Source: Chrysomallon squamiferum (Eukaryota > Animalia > Mollusca). From it: a DNA stretch of 64,000 nucleotides. Shown here piece by piece: positions 44,539 through 58,000 of the stretch. The notes under the pieces are model-generated. The model was not told where the DNA came from. It saw nothing but the letters and a program-made list of their open reading frames with translations, and ran no database searches. The stretch is taken from positions 44,020,001 through 44,084,000 of the forward strand of contig CM022665.1 of NCBI GenBank assembly GCA_012295275.1, in the 5' to 3' direction. How positions within the stretch are numbered: the first letter of the stretch is position 1; every line of letters starts with the position of its first letter. A program made the position numbers and the translations under genes.

Positions 44539-45134
44539 CTCTCTCTATATTATTCTCTCTCATTATTTCGCATTCTTGGCTTGTATAGACATATCTTTAA
44601 TTACACAAACACACACACACACACACACACACACATATGCCATTATTTAATCTCAGACGAAAGACTTTTTGAGGTTAAAACATTTAGTTCATAACTATAA
44701 GCATTTTAATACGTCTATTTTTTTTTTTTTTTTTTTTCACCCTGGAGTTCTATCATTTAACCTGCATGTTTAACAGTCTGTAATAAATCAAAATGTTGCT
44801 AGTTAAATTTCTTCAATACATGTTAACAGAAATGCCTGAAGCTTTTATTTGTTTTATCTTTTACTAGATTATTTTTTCTTGTTCTTTTATTTTTAATTTT
44901 TAATTTTTATTTATTTTTTATTTTTTTACCTCCGTTAATACACTCAGTAACATTACGAAAATACGATCTGCCATCTTTCTTTATAACTTTATAATAACCA
45001 TTATCCTCATATGCTTCGACTTAAAACTGGCAGAGTTTTTTTTTTTTTTTATTATTATTATTAAAAAGGAAGGAGTAGTACTTATTTACTCGCACTTCAA
45101 ACCCGCCGCACCTTGCCCTTGGAAAGTGCTTCGG

Positions 45135-45172
<38 letters not shown>

Positions 45173-46186
45173 AACGACGAGAAAAAGCGGCGGGAGTAAG
45201 TTTAGCAGCCGACACGGCAGCCATGTTGGTTGTGGGCAGAACACGTCTCGTTTCACTCATTCATTCATTACAGCTCGCTCTGTCCGCTTTAACCAGTTTA
45301 TCTGATCGACGAACAATGCTCAGGAAAAACAGCGTTATGTATATATATATCTACGTCTTACTCGAGTTATAATAGTCGAACATTTTTTTTTTTTTTTTTT
45401 TTTTTGTTATTGTCTTATCGAGTACGTCTTTCACCATGTAATATACTAGCGGTATTCTTTCTGTCGCTGTGTACTTATTAATTCGAGGCTCTCGGAAAAA
45501 GAAACAATAGCGAATTGCGGAGATTATTATCGTTTATATCGTGGAATAGGGAAGAAAAATCGAATAGTATGTAATTATGATTGGAGTATCAAGTAGTTTG
45601 AAGGAAGGGTAAAATATCCTGTGATATATAAGAAGGGCAATTTTACTGAGGGGGGGAAAGGGGCAGTTATTGTTCTTATTAAATGAAGTTGTTTCGTTGT
45701 AACTGAGAGGAACTGCTAAAACAAACAAACAAACAATGGTATATATTTTAAAAGTCAACGGTCAAGAGAGCACGTCCCATGATATTTAATGTTACCAAAT
45801 ATATGAAAGGAAAACAAAAACAAAACAAAACAAAACAAAAACCAAAAAAAAAGAAAGAAAGAAAAAGAAAACTAGTCTGTCCTGTTGTATTATTTTAAAA
45901 ACCAAACACTACTACAGCTACTACTACTACTACTAATAACAACAACAACAACAACAATAATAATTATAAATATTTTGTTAATTATTATATTACATTATTT
46001 ACTTTTTTGTTATTAACTTAAATGCTAAAAACAATAAGGTAGACTGTATTCACCACTGTTATTATTATTACTATTAGTACTACTACTCCTACCCTCACTA
46101 CCACCACTACTGCTTATTTTAGTACTGCTTCAACAACTACTGCTATTACCTGCTGTTAGCCATAACTTAACTTTATAGATTATATT

Positions 46187-46261
<75 letters not shown>

Positions 46262-46782
46262 ACTACTACTATTACTACCACCATCACCATTAGGTTTGCT
46301 ACTGTTATTACTGTTAATGCTACTACAACAACAACAACTACTACTAACGCCTCCACTAATAATAATAATAACAAGAACAAGAACAAGAATAAATAAGTAA
46401 TTTCAAACCAGTTAGTCATTCACTCACAGACTGTGCTCTGTCAACATGACAAGACAAACAGTGTATATAAAAATTCGGAAGACGGGGGTGTGTATCGCAC
46501 TTAATTTCAACACAATCAACAAGAACACTTCCGCATTTTCTACCTCTCGCGATAGAGATATTTCCGGTTCCGGTACACTTTAAAGTTTCCGAGGATGCTC
46601 TTTGTTTCACTGCCAATACTCAAGGGCAGAGTGTAACATTAATTTCGGAATCTTTGACGTTGAGAATAAATGTCCCCGGTGGGACAATAAATATTTCAAA
46701 ATATTTGAACAATAATTGTCCCCGCACTTCCCTCTTTAAATGTAGTTGTCATTAAGTAATAAAATGTATTTATTTAATATGC

Positions 46783-46888
<106 letters not shown>

Positions 46889-47372
46889 ATCCATCTGTAA
46901 ATTACTGTTTTTAATCTACAACTCTCATTCTTTCTCTGTATTCATCTATCTATATATCTGAATATATCTGTATACGAGTCTCACTAAATTAAATGTCATA
47001 GACTTTTTCAGTTATATTTTCAATGAGATAAAACGAAAATTTAAAAATTAAAAATAAAATAAAATAAAATATTCGCTTGTGAATTAAGCTTAACTCGAAT
47101 AAGTAAGACGATGTAATTAACTTGAATTAAGGAAAAAGGTAAACTACTATTGGTACTAGTATTATTACTACTACTACCGCCAAGCACCACTATTGCTAGC
47201 ACTAATGATGATGATGATGATAAATAAATAATGAAGACGATGACAACGGTTAGTATTGTTGTTGTTGCAGAAGCAACAGCAGGAATAATAGTTATTGTTG
47301 TAGCAGTAGTAGAAGTTGTTGCAGGAGCTATATTAGTAATAGTAATAACACTAGCAGTAACAGTAGTAGTAA

Positions 47373-47431
<59 letters not shown>

Positions 47432-47479
47432 ATAGTATGATGATGATGATGATGATATAGTAGTAATAATAATAATACA

Positions 47480-47510
<31 letters not shown>

Positions 47511-49671
47511 CTGATGATTTTAAGATGATGGTGATGATTATGATAAAAACGACGGTGAACTTTATTTTCCATGTTTTATATGCCTTGCGAATTGGAATAG
47601 TAAGATAAATAACATTAACATGAATCAGTACGTTTTTCTTTTTATTATTTTATATAGAAATAAATATTTTAAACAACACTTCCTTACTGGGGTCGATACA
47701 TTTTTATTATGTTTTAACCTTCTGTGACGTGTGTTATTTATTCTCAACAACATACGTCACAACATAGATTTGAAGCATTACTTAGGTTAAAAATATACCT
47801 CCAGCTGTAATTACGACATTTTAACGAATATTAGGTGATTGTTTGAGTTCCACACACCAGTAACATTACTGAATGAAATAAACAGTGGCTTAAGATAGAC
47901 AAATACAAGAATCAAATCGCAAATACAATGATGATTTTTTTTTTGATTTTTTTTTTTTTTTTTAATGATTTTTCCAGTACTAACTGGGGATATATATGAC
48001 CATTACACACTTTTTCTAACTATATAACATACTAACACAAATGCTGTCCTATAAGGATCATTGAGATTCTTCTGTTACGTGGTAAGACAAATGTCGATGT
48101 AAACATGTTTTTAAAATCACCGTTACATTCGGTTACAAATACACAAAAATAATTCTAATATGTCTTCTGAATATGAACACGTCAGAATTTTACAAAATGA
48201 ACAGAACCACGTTTTGGTATAAAACTTATTTATTAATGCACATCAAAATCAAAACATTTTTTATTATTATTTTATTTTTTTATGATTTTATGATTATTAC
48301 TAATTTTTTTTTTTTTTTTTTTACAATAGCTTAATTTACTGAAAATATACCAGTACACTTAACGAACTCGTGTAAAAATTAAAACCACTTTTTAAATAAA
48401 AATGTTTTATTCTAATACCTAATTATATAACAAAGTTACAAATTCAAGTAATGTATTACATGTACTTTGTTTCAGGACATTACGTGAATTTGTAACTTTG
48501 TTCTGTAATTACGCATTACAATAATAAAAAAAAAAAAATATATATATATATATATAAATTGTGTTATCTGGAATATATTCTTACAAATTAACTTAAATGT
48601 TTAAAATACTTTTACGCGTAATGCATATCTGACTTTATTTTTATTTTTTTTTTTTTTTTTTTTTAAAGAAGAAAATGAAAAAGAAAAAGAAGAAAAAATG
48701 AACAATATAAAAAACGAAAACAAAAATAATATCACTTGTAAAATATACACATAACTTACTGCAACAAACAGATTTTGTGTAGTGCGAGAGAAAAACAAAA
48801 ACGGAAAGAAAATACGTAATTTACAGAATATAAACAGTTTTACGTGTTAAACAAGCACGTAACACCCTCAAACAAAAACGTTACTACAAGGACTAGTTAC
48901 TTAAAAAAAAAAAAAAAATAATATACCGATGTAAACAACGACGATACAAAAGCACTGACCCAGTTAATATAGAGTTTCTGCACCCTTCGAGTGTCAGCGG
49001 GTGCTTTTTGAATTAACGTGACAAACTATTAACGCTGGCTATTAACAACATCCCACTGTGTGCCAGCGTGTACATTGAAACGTCTTCAACACAAACATCA
49101 AAGGAAGCCGCTCTTCCTCAGAAACGTAGACGAAGTCACACTAAAAAGTTCGTTTAATCTCTAACACGATCGTTCGTGAATTTTCGAATTCATCTGCTAT
49201 GGCTGAATAAAAATATTGCTTGTTATTTTTTTTTATTTTTTTTTTTGGGGGGGTGAGTTCCCCCCTCGCATATGAGTACAGCCGTGAGATGAATTAACAC
49301 GGAGAAAAAGATGTAGAGATGGAGAGATGATGATAATATTTGAAAAAAACGGAGAGAAACGGTGAAAAAGAAAAAAGTTCAAGGAAGAGGGTGGGGGGAA
49401 TATGATTAACATGCTGACGTTTTCATTATATTCGTTTAATAAAAATAACATTATAAATAAAACGTGACATTAGCAGTATTTTTATTTAAAGTAAACTCTG
49501 TTTTTAACTATACAACAGTTGCCAGCGATTTGGTGTGCTTTATTTATAGATTCAGTAATCAAAATATTTGTATTTCCGGTATTGTGTAGTTATATATATA
49601 TAGCTATCTACCCAATTCGTAATACACCTGAAATAAAAACTTCATACACTGACATTTTAGACATTTATTTC

Positions 49672-49731
<60 letters not shown>

Positions 49732-49872
49732 TGTTTTTAAAGCTAACATGTTTCAGATTAATAATATAATCGTAATAATTAGTTTATTTCCAAATAAAAA
49801 CATTGGAATATAAATTAGCATTATATGCGTAAATGCTTTCAAACGCTCTGAGCACGAACCCTAAACTCCACA

Positions 49873-49942
<70 letters not shown>

Positions 49943-50373
49943 ATTTATTTATTTATTTATTATTTGTGCCACCATAACAGTATCAGATCCGTACAAAAAG
50001 AAATAATTAATTCGCGAGAATAGATAAGGAAACAAAACACTGGATATATTTCATTTTGTTGTTGTTTTTGTTTTGTTTTTAAATTAAGCTATAAGAACTT
50101 TACGACTCACTGAAAGAAAGCAGTACATTCTAACAAACACGTTGCTTTAGTCTTTATAGACTTATGTACAAACCGATTTGTGGTTTTGATGGCGCCTCAG
50201 TTACTATAGACTTTTTGTTTCTGTTGATAAAAAACAACAACTCCTGCAGACACCAAGGACAGATTTTCATTGCAGCTAAAAGTTGACGAATCGGGTAACA
50301 CATTAACAGTTATTTTATTTGGTATTATTATATACAAAGCAATGGTGTCATTCCAGGAAGCCATTTATAATTT

Positions 50374-50404
<31 letters not shown>

Positions 50405-51249
50405 GAATCAGAAAAAAACCGATGACTGAAAAAAACATTGTGTATGAGAAAATATAGTCTAATTTATTGTTGTTGTATCGTCTGTGTATTATCTTTTTCT
50501 TTTTTCAACTCTGACAAGGTTTCATACTATTTCATTTGACCAAGATGTGTTTTTTTAAGAAAGCCGTCTACAGTCATTCCTGACATATGATTATGAAATA
50601 TTCAGCATCAGCAACGAAATTTAGATTATACAAGCGCAACTGATTGATCCAAGTCTAAACGAACATTCATCAATGAACTAATTTAATTAATTTATTTATT
50701 TATATATATATATTTTTTTTTTTACTAATTTGTTGCAAAACAACAAACAAACAAATAAATAAAGTAAATATTTTTTCTTGCCTAACTTTGATTTTTTTTT
50801 TTTTTTTTTTTTAAAACTTACCCAGCTTTAATTAGGTCAAACTTTTAGTAATAAAATCATTATTCAAGCTGGTATATTAAAAAAATGTGCCACGTATATT
50901 TATAATGTAAGAAGTCGGAAATTGCAGAATAATATGCTTCATCCTTTTTTGTTGGTCCGAATTTGTCTTCCTTTTCGAATACCGCCTGTTAGCTTTCTAG
51001 GCCGTTCTGTGTGGTGACTTTATGAAGATTACTTTATTGGCCATTACATCAATGTGAAATTGGATCCACAAAAATGATTCATTATGCGTCTTTTATTGCA
51101 TATGAATTAAACAAAAGGTGTTTGTATTACATATTTATAAATTAAGTATAAAACGAAAGCTTATTACTCACTATTTGTTACAGAAACGCGTTATTTTGTT
51201 AACTAGTTGGTCTATTTACTGTTGATAGTAAGGGGAAACTATTTCATGG

Positions 51250-51352
51250 AATAGCCAATAAAATGGCGGCCATGTGAGAACAACACCGGTACATGCTTTG
51301 AAAACGAAACAAACGCATTTGCTCTTACAGAATTTCTGCACTGCAGAAATAG
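51250..51352 (+). promoter_or_regulatory. Candidate promoter and non-coding first exon of the ankyrin gene
   Basis: CCAAT at 51255-51259 directly abuts a YY1 consensus AAAATGGCGGC at 51260-51270. A possible donor ag|gtactt lies at 51353. Coding exon 1 is preceded by an acceptor, which implies an upstream UTR exon. Confidence 0.5.
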
Positions 51353-52369
51353 GTACTTCGAATGTTTTACATATCTGTTTATTAATGTGGTATATGCTGC
51401 ATTTGTTTGGTCTATTGCATTTAAAAATAACAGCACCTGACAATTGGCGCGATTTTCCTCGTGCACTTGACTTGAGATTTATAACCATTTCCTTATTGAA
51501 TTTGCATGCTGTAGTTTGTTTGACGACTAATTTTCTGTAAAACAGTTAACAATATCATTTCCATTCATACATTTTCTGATCATGTTTTAATTATATTGCA
51601 TATGTTATTTTCAGTCATGTGCTTAACAGATCTACGTACGTTTACTAAATGAGACGAATGTACGGATTTTCGCTGTATAACCAATTTTCGTAATGATCGA
51701 ATGATGTTCATTGTTAATGCACAAAATGCAAACATATGCTTCACATAGTACACGTAATTATTGTTATTTCAATTTTACGATTACAATTCTGATAAATAGC
51801 AAATTGATTTTTAAAATTTAAAAGTTCCTCTTTTAGTAAATGTTTTACGAGGAATCGGAGCGTTTTCTATTCCAAGCGATCAAATGCTAAGGTGCTCAAT
51901 ATTACTTTAACCCTCCCCACCAAATTTAAAAAAAAGAAAAAAAAGAAACACCAACCAAAAACCTAACTCCTAAAAATTACTCTATATATTTATGACAATA
52001 TGGATGGATTCAGTTCTGTTTTGTAAACAGTATTTCATACCACAGGAACAGCATAATCCAGCCACAGTTATAATACTAATGCAAAAACTGAAAGTATCAC
52101 TTATTAAAATAGAACTGCACTTACATCTAACCATAAGCTAGATGATAAGGCATATATATGTATATATATATACATATACACCAAATAACTGAATTTTAAA
52201 TAGTATTTTGGTTAATTTCATTATGACTGTTACAATGATAATATCCTTGTCAGCCACATTGTGTTTGTGAGATTTCTGATCCTACATGTCGATGATGTTT
52301 TTGACAAAAGTTGACATTTCTTCTAAATTTGTAAATTTTTTAAATTATTTTGTGACTTTAGGATCTGCT

Positions 52370-52441
52370 ATGGAAAAAGAAGACACACAAAAGTGTGATG
52401 CTTCAACATCTGGCAGTTCTACATCAGGAAGTGCATCAAAG
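52370..52441 (+). CDS. Coding exon 1 (MEKEDTQKCDASTSGSSTSGSASK)
   Basis: Acceptor tttag ends at 52361, ATG at 52370, donor gtaaac at 52442. 72 nt, phase 0, matches the next exon. Confidence 0.7.
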
Positions 52442-53254
52442 GTAAACTTCAAATTACTTTTTAACTAAAAATCCCAGCATCAACCCATCATTTACCCCAG
52501 TCACTTATATTATTCAGCTTCCAGGCTCGTTTTATTTATAATTTAATCCTGCAGTAATAGTCACTAATAGCACTAACACACACAAGTGATATGTAGTTAT
52601 GTTTTATTTTTCCTATTTTGAAATGTTCAAGCTGTTTTGTTAATCATTTTAAATAATTTTTAAATCTGACGTTTTTATATTTACCACCATTTTAACATGT
52701 TCGTCGTTATGTTTACGCTTATTTTAATGTGTTTGTCCATATTTTATTTGATTAGTCCACGATATAAAGCACATTTGAACTTATTTAGCATGGATATATA
52801 AACATGATATAATGATAATAATCTTTTGAGCTGTTTGTATTGATTAACAATGGTTTCAACATGTTTGTTTTGAATTAGAGCAATTTAGTTTTTGGTGTAT
52901 CAAAACAGCAAGAGTTCAAGCAGTTTATTAAATAAAAGAACAAAAACTACAGTATTATATGTGTGAAAGCAAAACATTTTCTCAGAAAAATAGTTTAAAT
53001 AATGGAAATGCTGACATAAATTTACAGTGTAATAAAAAAACAACAGCTTGGATTTTTTATCTAGTGTTACTAACAAATGAACTCTAGAATAACCCCAAGT
53101 TTTTTTTTCACCAGTTTTTTAATTTGCAGCATTTGTAATTCTTGTATCATCATTTTATATCATTCATCGATATGACATTCTGACAACAGAAAAATAGCAG
53201 AAACCAATCATAAGCTGTTTTCAGTTTTTATTTTTATCATCATCATCATCATTA

Positions 53255-53286
<32 letters not shown>

Positions 53287-55044
53287 GATTATTATTATTA
53301 CTACTAGTACTACTACTATTATTATTATTGTTGTTGTTGTTATTATTACTATCATCATCATCATCATTATTAATTTGGTTTCTTTTTTTTTATCATACAT
53401 TTTTGGTTATTATTATAAAATTAATATTCAAACTTTCTTACTACTGTGTTTTTTTTTTTTTTTTACCTCCCCAGAGAAAAAAGGTTTACAACATGGAGCC
53501 CCGTACCCCCCTAAAACGACAGAGAATCCCTGTCGAGAGGTTTCAGTCTCCAGTTCTGGAGGATGGCACGCCCAAACTGAAACCACCCAAGGAAGAAATC
53601 CTCATCCACTATAAAAAGGGAGCTTTCCTTGCAGTCCGTGGAGCAGAGAGTAATTATTATTTATTTTTTTATTTTTTTTGTTTGTTTATGTTTATGTTTA
53701 TGTTTATGTTTATGTTTTTATGTTTGTTTATGTTTGTTTATTTTTATTTTTTTTTTATTTATATTTTATTTATTTTTTTATATATTTTATTTGTTTTATT
53801 TATTTGATTTATTTCTTGATTTAATTTTAATTTATTTACTTTCATTTATTTAATTAATTAATTATTTTATTTTTTTTATTTTTATTTTTTTTTTTTTTAT
53901 TTTTATTATTTTTTTATTATTATTTATTTTTTTTATTATTATTTTTTTTTTTTTGTCATTTTTTTTTTTTTTCAGAATAATGGGATTAATGATAATTAAA
54001 TGCATCCTTACAGGTTTTTAAAAAAAATTCATTCTTCAGTGATTTCATTTCTTAGTCAACAGAATCATTTAATGGATGTCTGTGTGATATTCCATTTTAC
54101 AATTTTTAAATTTAAAATTTTTTTTATTATTTATTTTTTTTTATATATAGTTAAGTTAGTTAGTAAGTTAGTTAGTTAGTTACTTAGTTAGTAAGTTAGT
54201 TAGTTAGTTACTTAGTTATCTGGTTGTAACATTTTGTTGAAAATAATTTTCAGATTCTTTCTACCTGTGCAAATCACTTCAAAATGTGACCAATCACACA
54301 AAACGGTTTAACATTCAATGGCTATCGCTTGACCAGCCGCCAAATGTTTACAAAATAGACTATGTTGACCACACAGAGATTGAAACAATTCTGACCAATG
54401 TGACCATGGACCGTGTTGCCAAGGATACGTTTCGTCTGCCTCATTCTGAGAAGAAGAGAACGGAGAAAGTCCTGCAGAAGGCAATAAAGGCAGAGCGCGG
54501 TGAGCTGGTTGAAGTGGAGGAAGACGACGAAGAAGAAGAAGAAATCCAAGAAGAATCAGGTGAACATGTTTTTATAGAATTTTATACATTATTTATTTAT
54601 TTATTTATTTTTATTTATTTATTTATTTTTGTTTATGTTTATGTTTATGTTTATGTTTATGTTTATGTTTATGTTTATTTTTATTTTTATTTTTATTTTT
54701 ATTTTTATTCTTTTCATTAAATTAATTTTCTATATTTAGCATTTTTTATGGACTTTGCTGATGATATTATGTTCATCAACAGATTTTGTGTTTGTGTGCA
54801 TTTTTTAAAATTTATTTAATTATTTGCATTCTGTTACAGATTCTGAAGAAGAAGAAGAAGAAGAAAGTCCTGCAAAGAAGGCAAAACTTACGAAGGTGAA
54901 ACCAGCGCCACCAAAAACAAAAGCTCAGCTGAAGATAACCCCACAGAGTGAGAAAGTTTTCTGTTTTGTTTTGTAGAAATTTCAACATTTCAACCTTAAT
55001 TTTTATATTAACACAGATACCTATCTATAGCTGTATTTCTTATT

Positions 55045-55081
<37 letters not shown>

Positions 55082-58000
55082 TAGTAAATAAATAAAAATT
55101 GCAATTTCTGCAATGAAATACTTTCAAATTTAGAGCCAAAAAAAAATTTAGTTAAAAACAAAATTTAAGGCAATTTTGAATGGAACAGAATAAGATGATA
55201 AAAAAAAAAAAAAAAAAATGGCAATTGTTATCTGCCCTTGGATTTTTATCATTTGTTAAATTGTTTTTATTTCTTTATTTATTTATGTGTGTTTTGTTTT
55301 TTAAATATTTTTTATTATTATTTTTTTATTTTTATTTAAAGATACAGCTGCAGTGACCAAGAAGGAGAAAAAGGAAAAGAAACCTTTGAAATCAAAAGCA
55401 AAAGGAAAAGGTTAAACATTTTAAACTGATCTATACTTAAATATTTTTTATTATTGTTGTAATCTGTCTCATTTATTTCGCTGGTAATACTCATAAAATA
55501 TATTTTTATTGTTTAAATTTTTATATTTTTATTATTATTATTTTTTATTCAGTTATATTATATAATAACATCATTGGTTACTTATTTAGTACTCTCATAT
55601 TTCAGAATATTCTGTGTAAATACTATAATACAACTTCCCATTTCAAAACTTTTTGTTGGAATATCAGATTTTTTAAACACTGATTTAAAGATGAATCTTT
55701 ATTTAGTCTTTAATAATATTTAACTTTAAAAATAAATTTTTCTCCAAATGTTTAATTCTCCAATATCTTTTCTATTGTTCTTAGGCTTTTTCTTTGTCAT
55801 GAACGAAAGTTGTAAGCAAAGCTAAAAACATTATAGTTGCATTTTTTTTTTTTTTTTTAGTAACTGCTATTAACAAATTGTTGTTAAAAATTATCCATTG
55901 ATGGCATATTAAAATATTATGTGTTGCCCTTTTAGTAAGTGTTAATGTTGAAAATGTAACATGTGTGATGTAATTTCAGAGAAGAAACCCACTAAAGGAC
56001 CAAAGGTAAAGAAAGAGTCCAAAAAAGGACCAGACAGGAAACTGAAGCCAAACCCGAAAATTAAAATCCTCGAGGTCGATCCCTTCTTTGACACAAAGTG
56101 AGTTTTTTTTTTTTAATTATGTACATCATATTAACTAAAAGAATTTAATAAAAATGAAATCCTGTGTATACATTTTTTACTTCTATTGTTCTTTTTCATC
56201 TAATATGTCTGCCAATCTTTCATAAATGCATCCCAAATTTTGTCAACACACAGAAAGATGCACACAAACTTTATCACCCTTCTCTTCTCTCTTATTCTCT
56301 CTAGATTGCCATACATGAGTAGACACTTATAATTAATACAATGACAGTTAAATGGATTTTTTTTAAAATAATTTTTTGATTTCAGGGAGAAGTTGCCATT
56401 CATTTCGGTTCCCGTCCAGACAAAACAAGTGTTTCGAGCTGTAAGCCTCAATGACAAGGAACTCCTCAAGAATCTGATAGCAAATGAAAACAAGTGTATC
56501 GAGTAAGTTTTACAATTTTTTGTTTTATAAAAAAAACGAAAAAAAACAAGACAGTATCAAAACTTTATCTAAATTTTTAATCTCATTTTAATCTGAATAT
56601 AAAAATAATTGCACCTTAATATTAAGTTTACAGAATAGTTATAGAAATGGTTGCAAACTAAATTTAAAATAATTATATTTAGAGGAATTTAATAATTATT
56701 TTTGTGCCATTTTTGTAATATTTTTTTGTGATATCTGTTGTAGCCAGTGATGGATTAACCCTGTAAGCAAAATAAGCATGTGCTTAGGGCATCAAGGGAA
56801 GGAGGGACCCCTCAGAAATTTTTCATTGCCGAATTTAGAATTTAAATGATTAAATTAATTAAATTTACAGCCATTTTCAAAATTTAATGAAATTACTAAT
56901 AAATTTTATGGTTTATTATTGTTTATATTTGAATTGCAAATGTATGGGTGCACCAAAATTTACAATGCTTAGGGCCTCTGAGGGTATAATTCTGGCCCTG
57001 GTTGTAGCTTTACTCTTGTAATGAAATATTTTATTTTATTTTATTTTTTTTTTCAGCTGGACATTGCTCGCTCAGTGGGTAACAGAAAGACTGCCGTAGA
57101 TTTGGCTTTGGAGATGGGAAACAAAGAAATCTTGAAAACTTTGTTAGATGACATTTACAATCCCAAAAACCCTCGACACAAAAACGAACCAAAGTGTCTG
57201 ATTGAAACAGTGTCCACTGGCAGGTTAGAAGTCATTGAAATATAATAAATATATAGTCCAGTTGTAATGTGTGACCCATCACACTGAACAGAGTCTTAAG
57301 GCAATATTGAATGATTAGAGTTACGAACAGTTTCATTGACTCCATTAAAATACATTTTGATTTTGATAAAGGGATTTCCATGTCCTGTGTCTAAAAATAA
57401 ATGTACTTGCAATTGATAAAGTAGGTGAAAATTAGTTTTTATATAAATAACAGTATTCATAAAAGCGCTCTAAAACACATTTTGATTAATAACAGTAAAT
57501 TTCTTTACTGGATAAAAGAGATAAAATGTGTACATCTCTTTTTTATCAAACTATCCTCTGTAGTTAACTAAGGCTCCATACTTACCCATGTGACTTAAGA
57601 CTTTGTTTGATGTGATGGGTCACAAATTTGTTATTGTAAGTTAAAGTTAACTGGTAAAACTTAGTAGATTTTTTATATAATCTGTATTGTGCAAAACATT
57701 CTTAAGTAGAAGACACAATATATGGTATTCACTATAAGCTTTTAAAAAAAAAAAATCAGTTTGTCTTATTACATTTTCACATTAAACTGAATTCAAGGAC
57801 ATAATTATGTGTCACCGTTAATACATACATACATGCATACATACATATATACATAAACATACAACAAAAAAACACCTTTCTGATAATTAGACTCAGCCTG
57901 TGAAAGTAATTTGAAAAATGCTAATACTGTTTGTTTTTAAATTTTATTTATTTTTATTTTATTATTGTTCTCTATATTGTTTTTATATTTATTTTTATTT

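Noticed and set aside
56200-56493. Minus-strand ORFs overlapping exons (also 54322, 60074, 61913)
   Set aside because: These are antisense shadows of real plus-strand exons.
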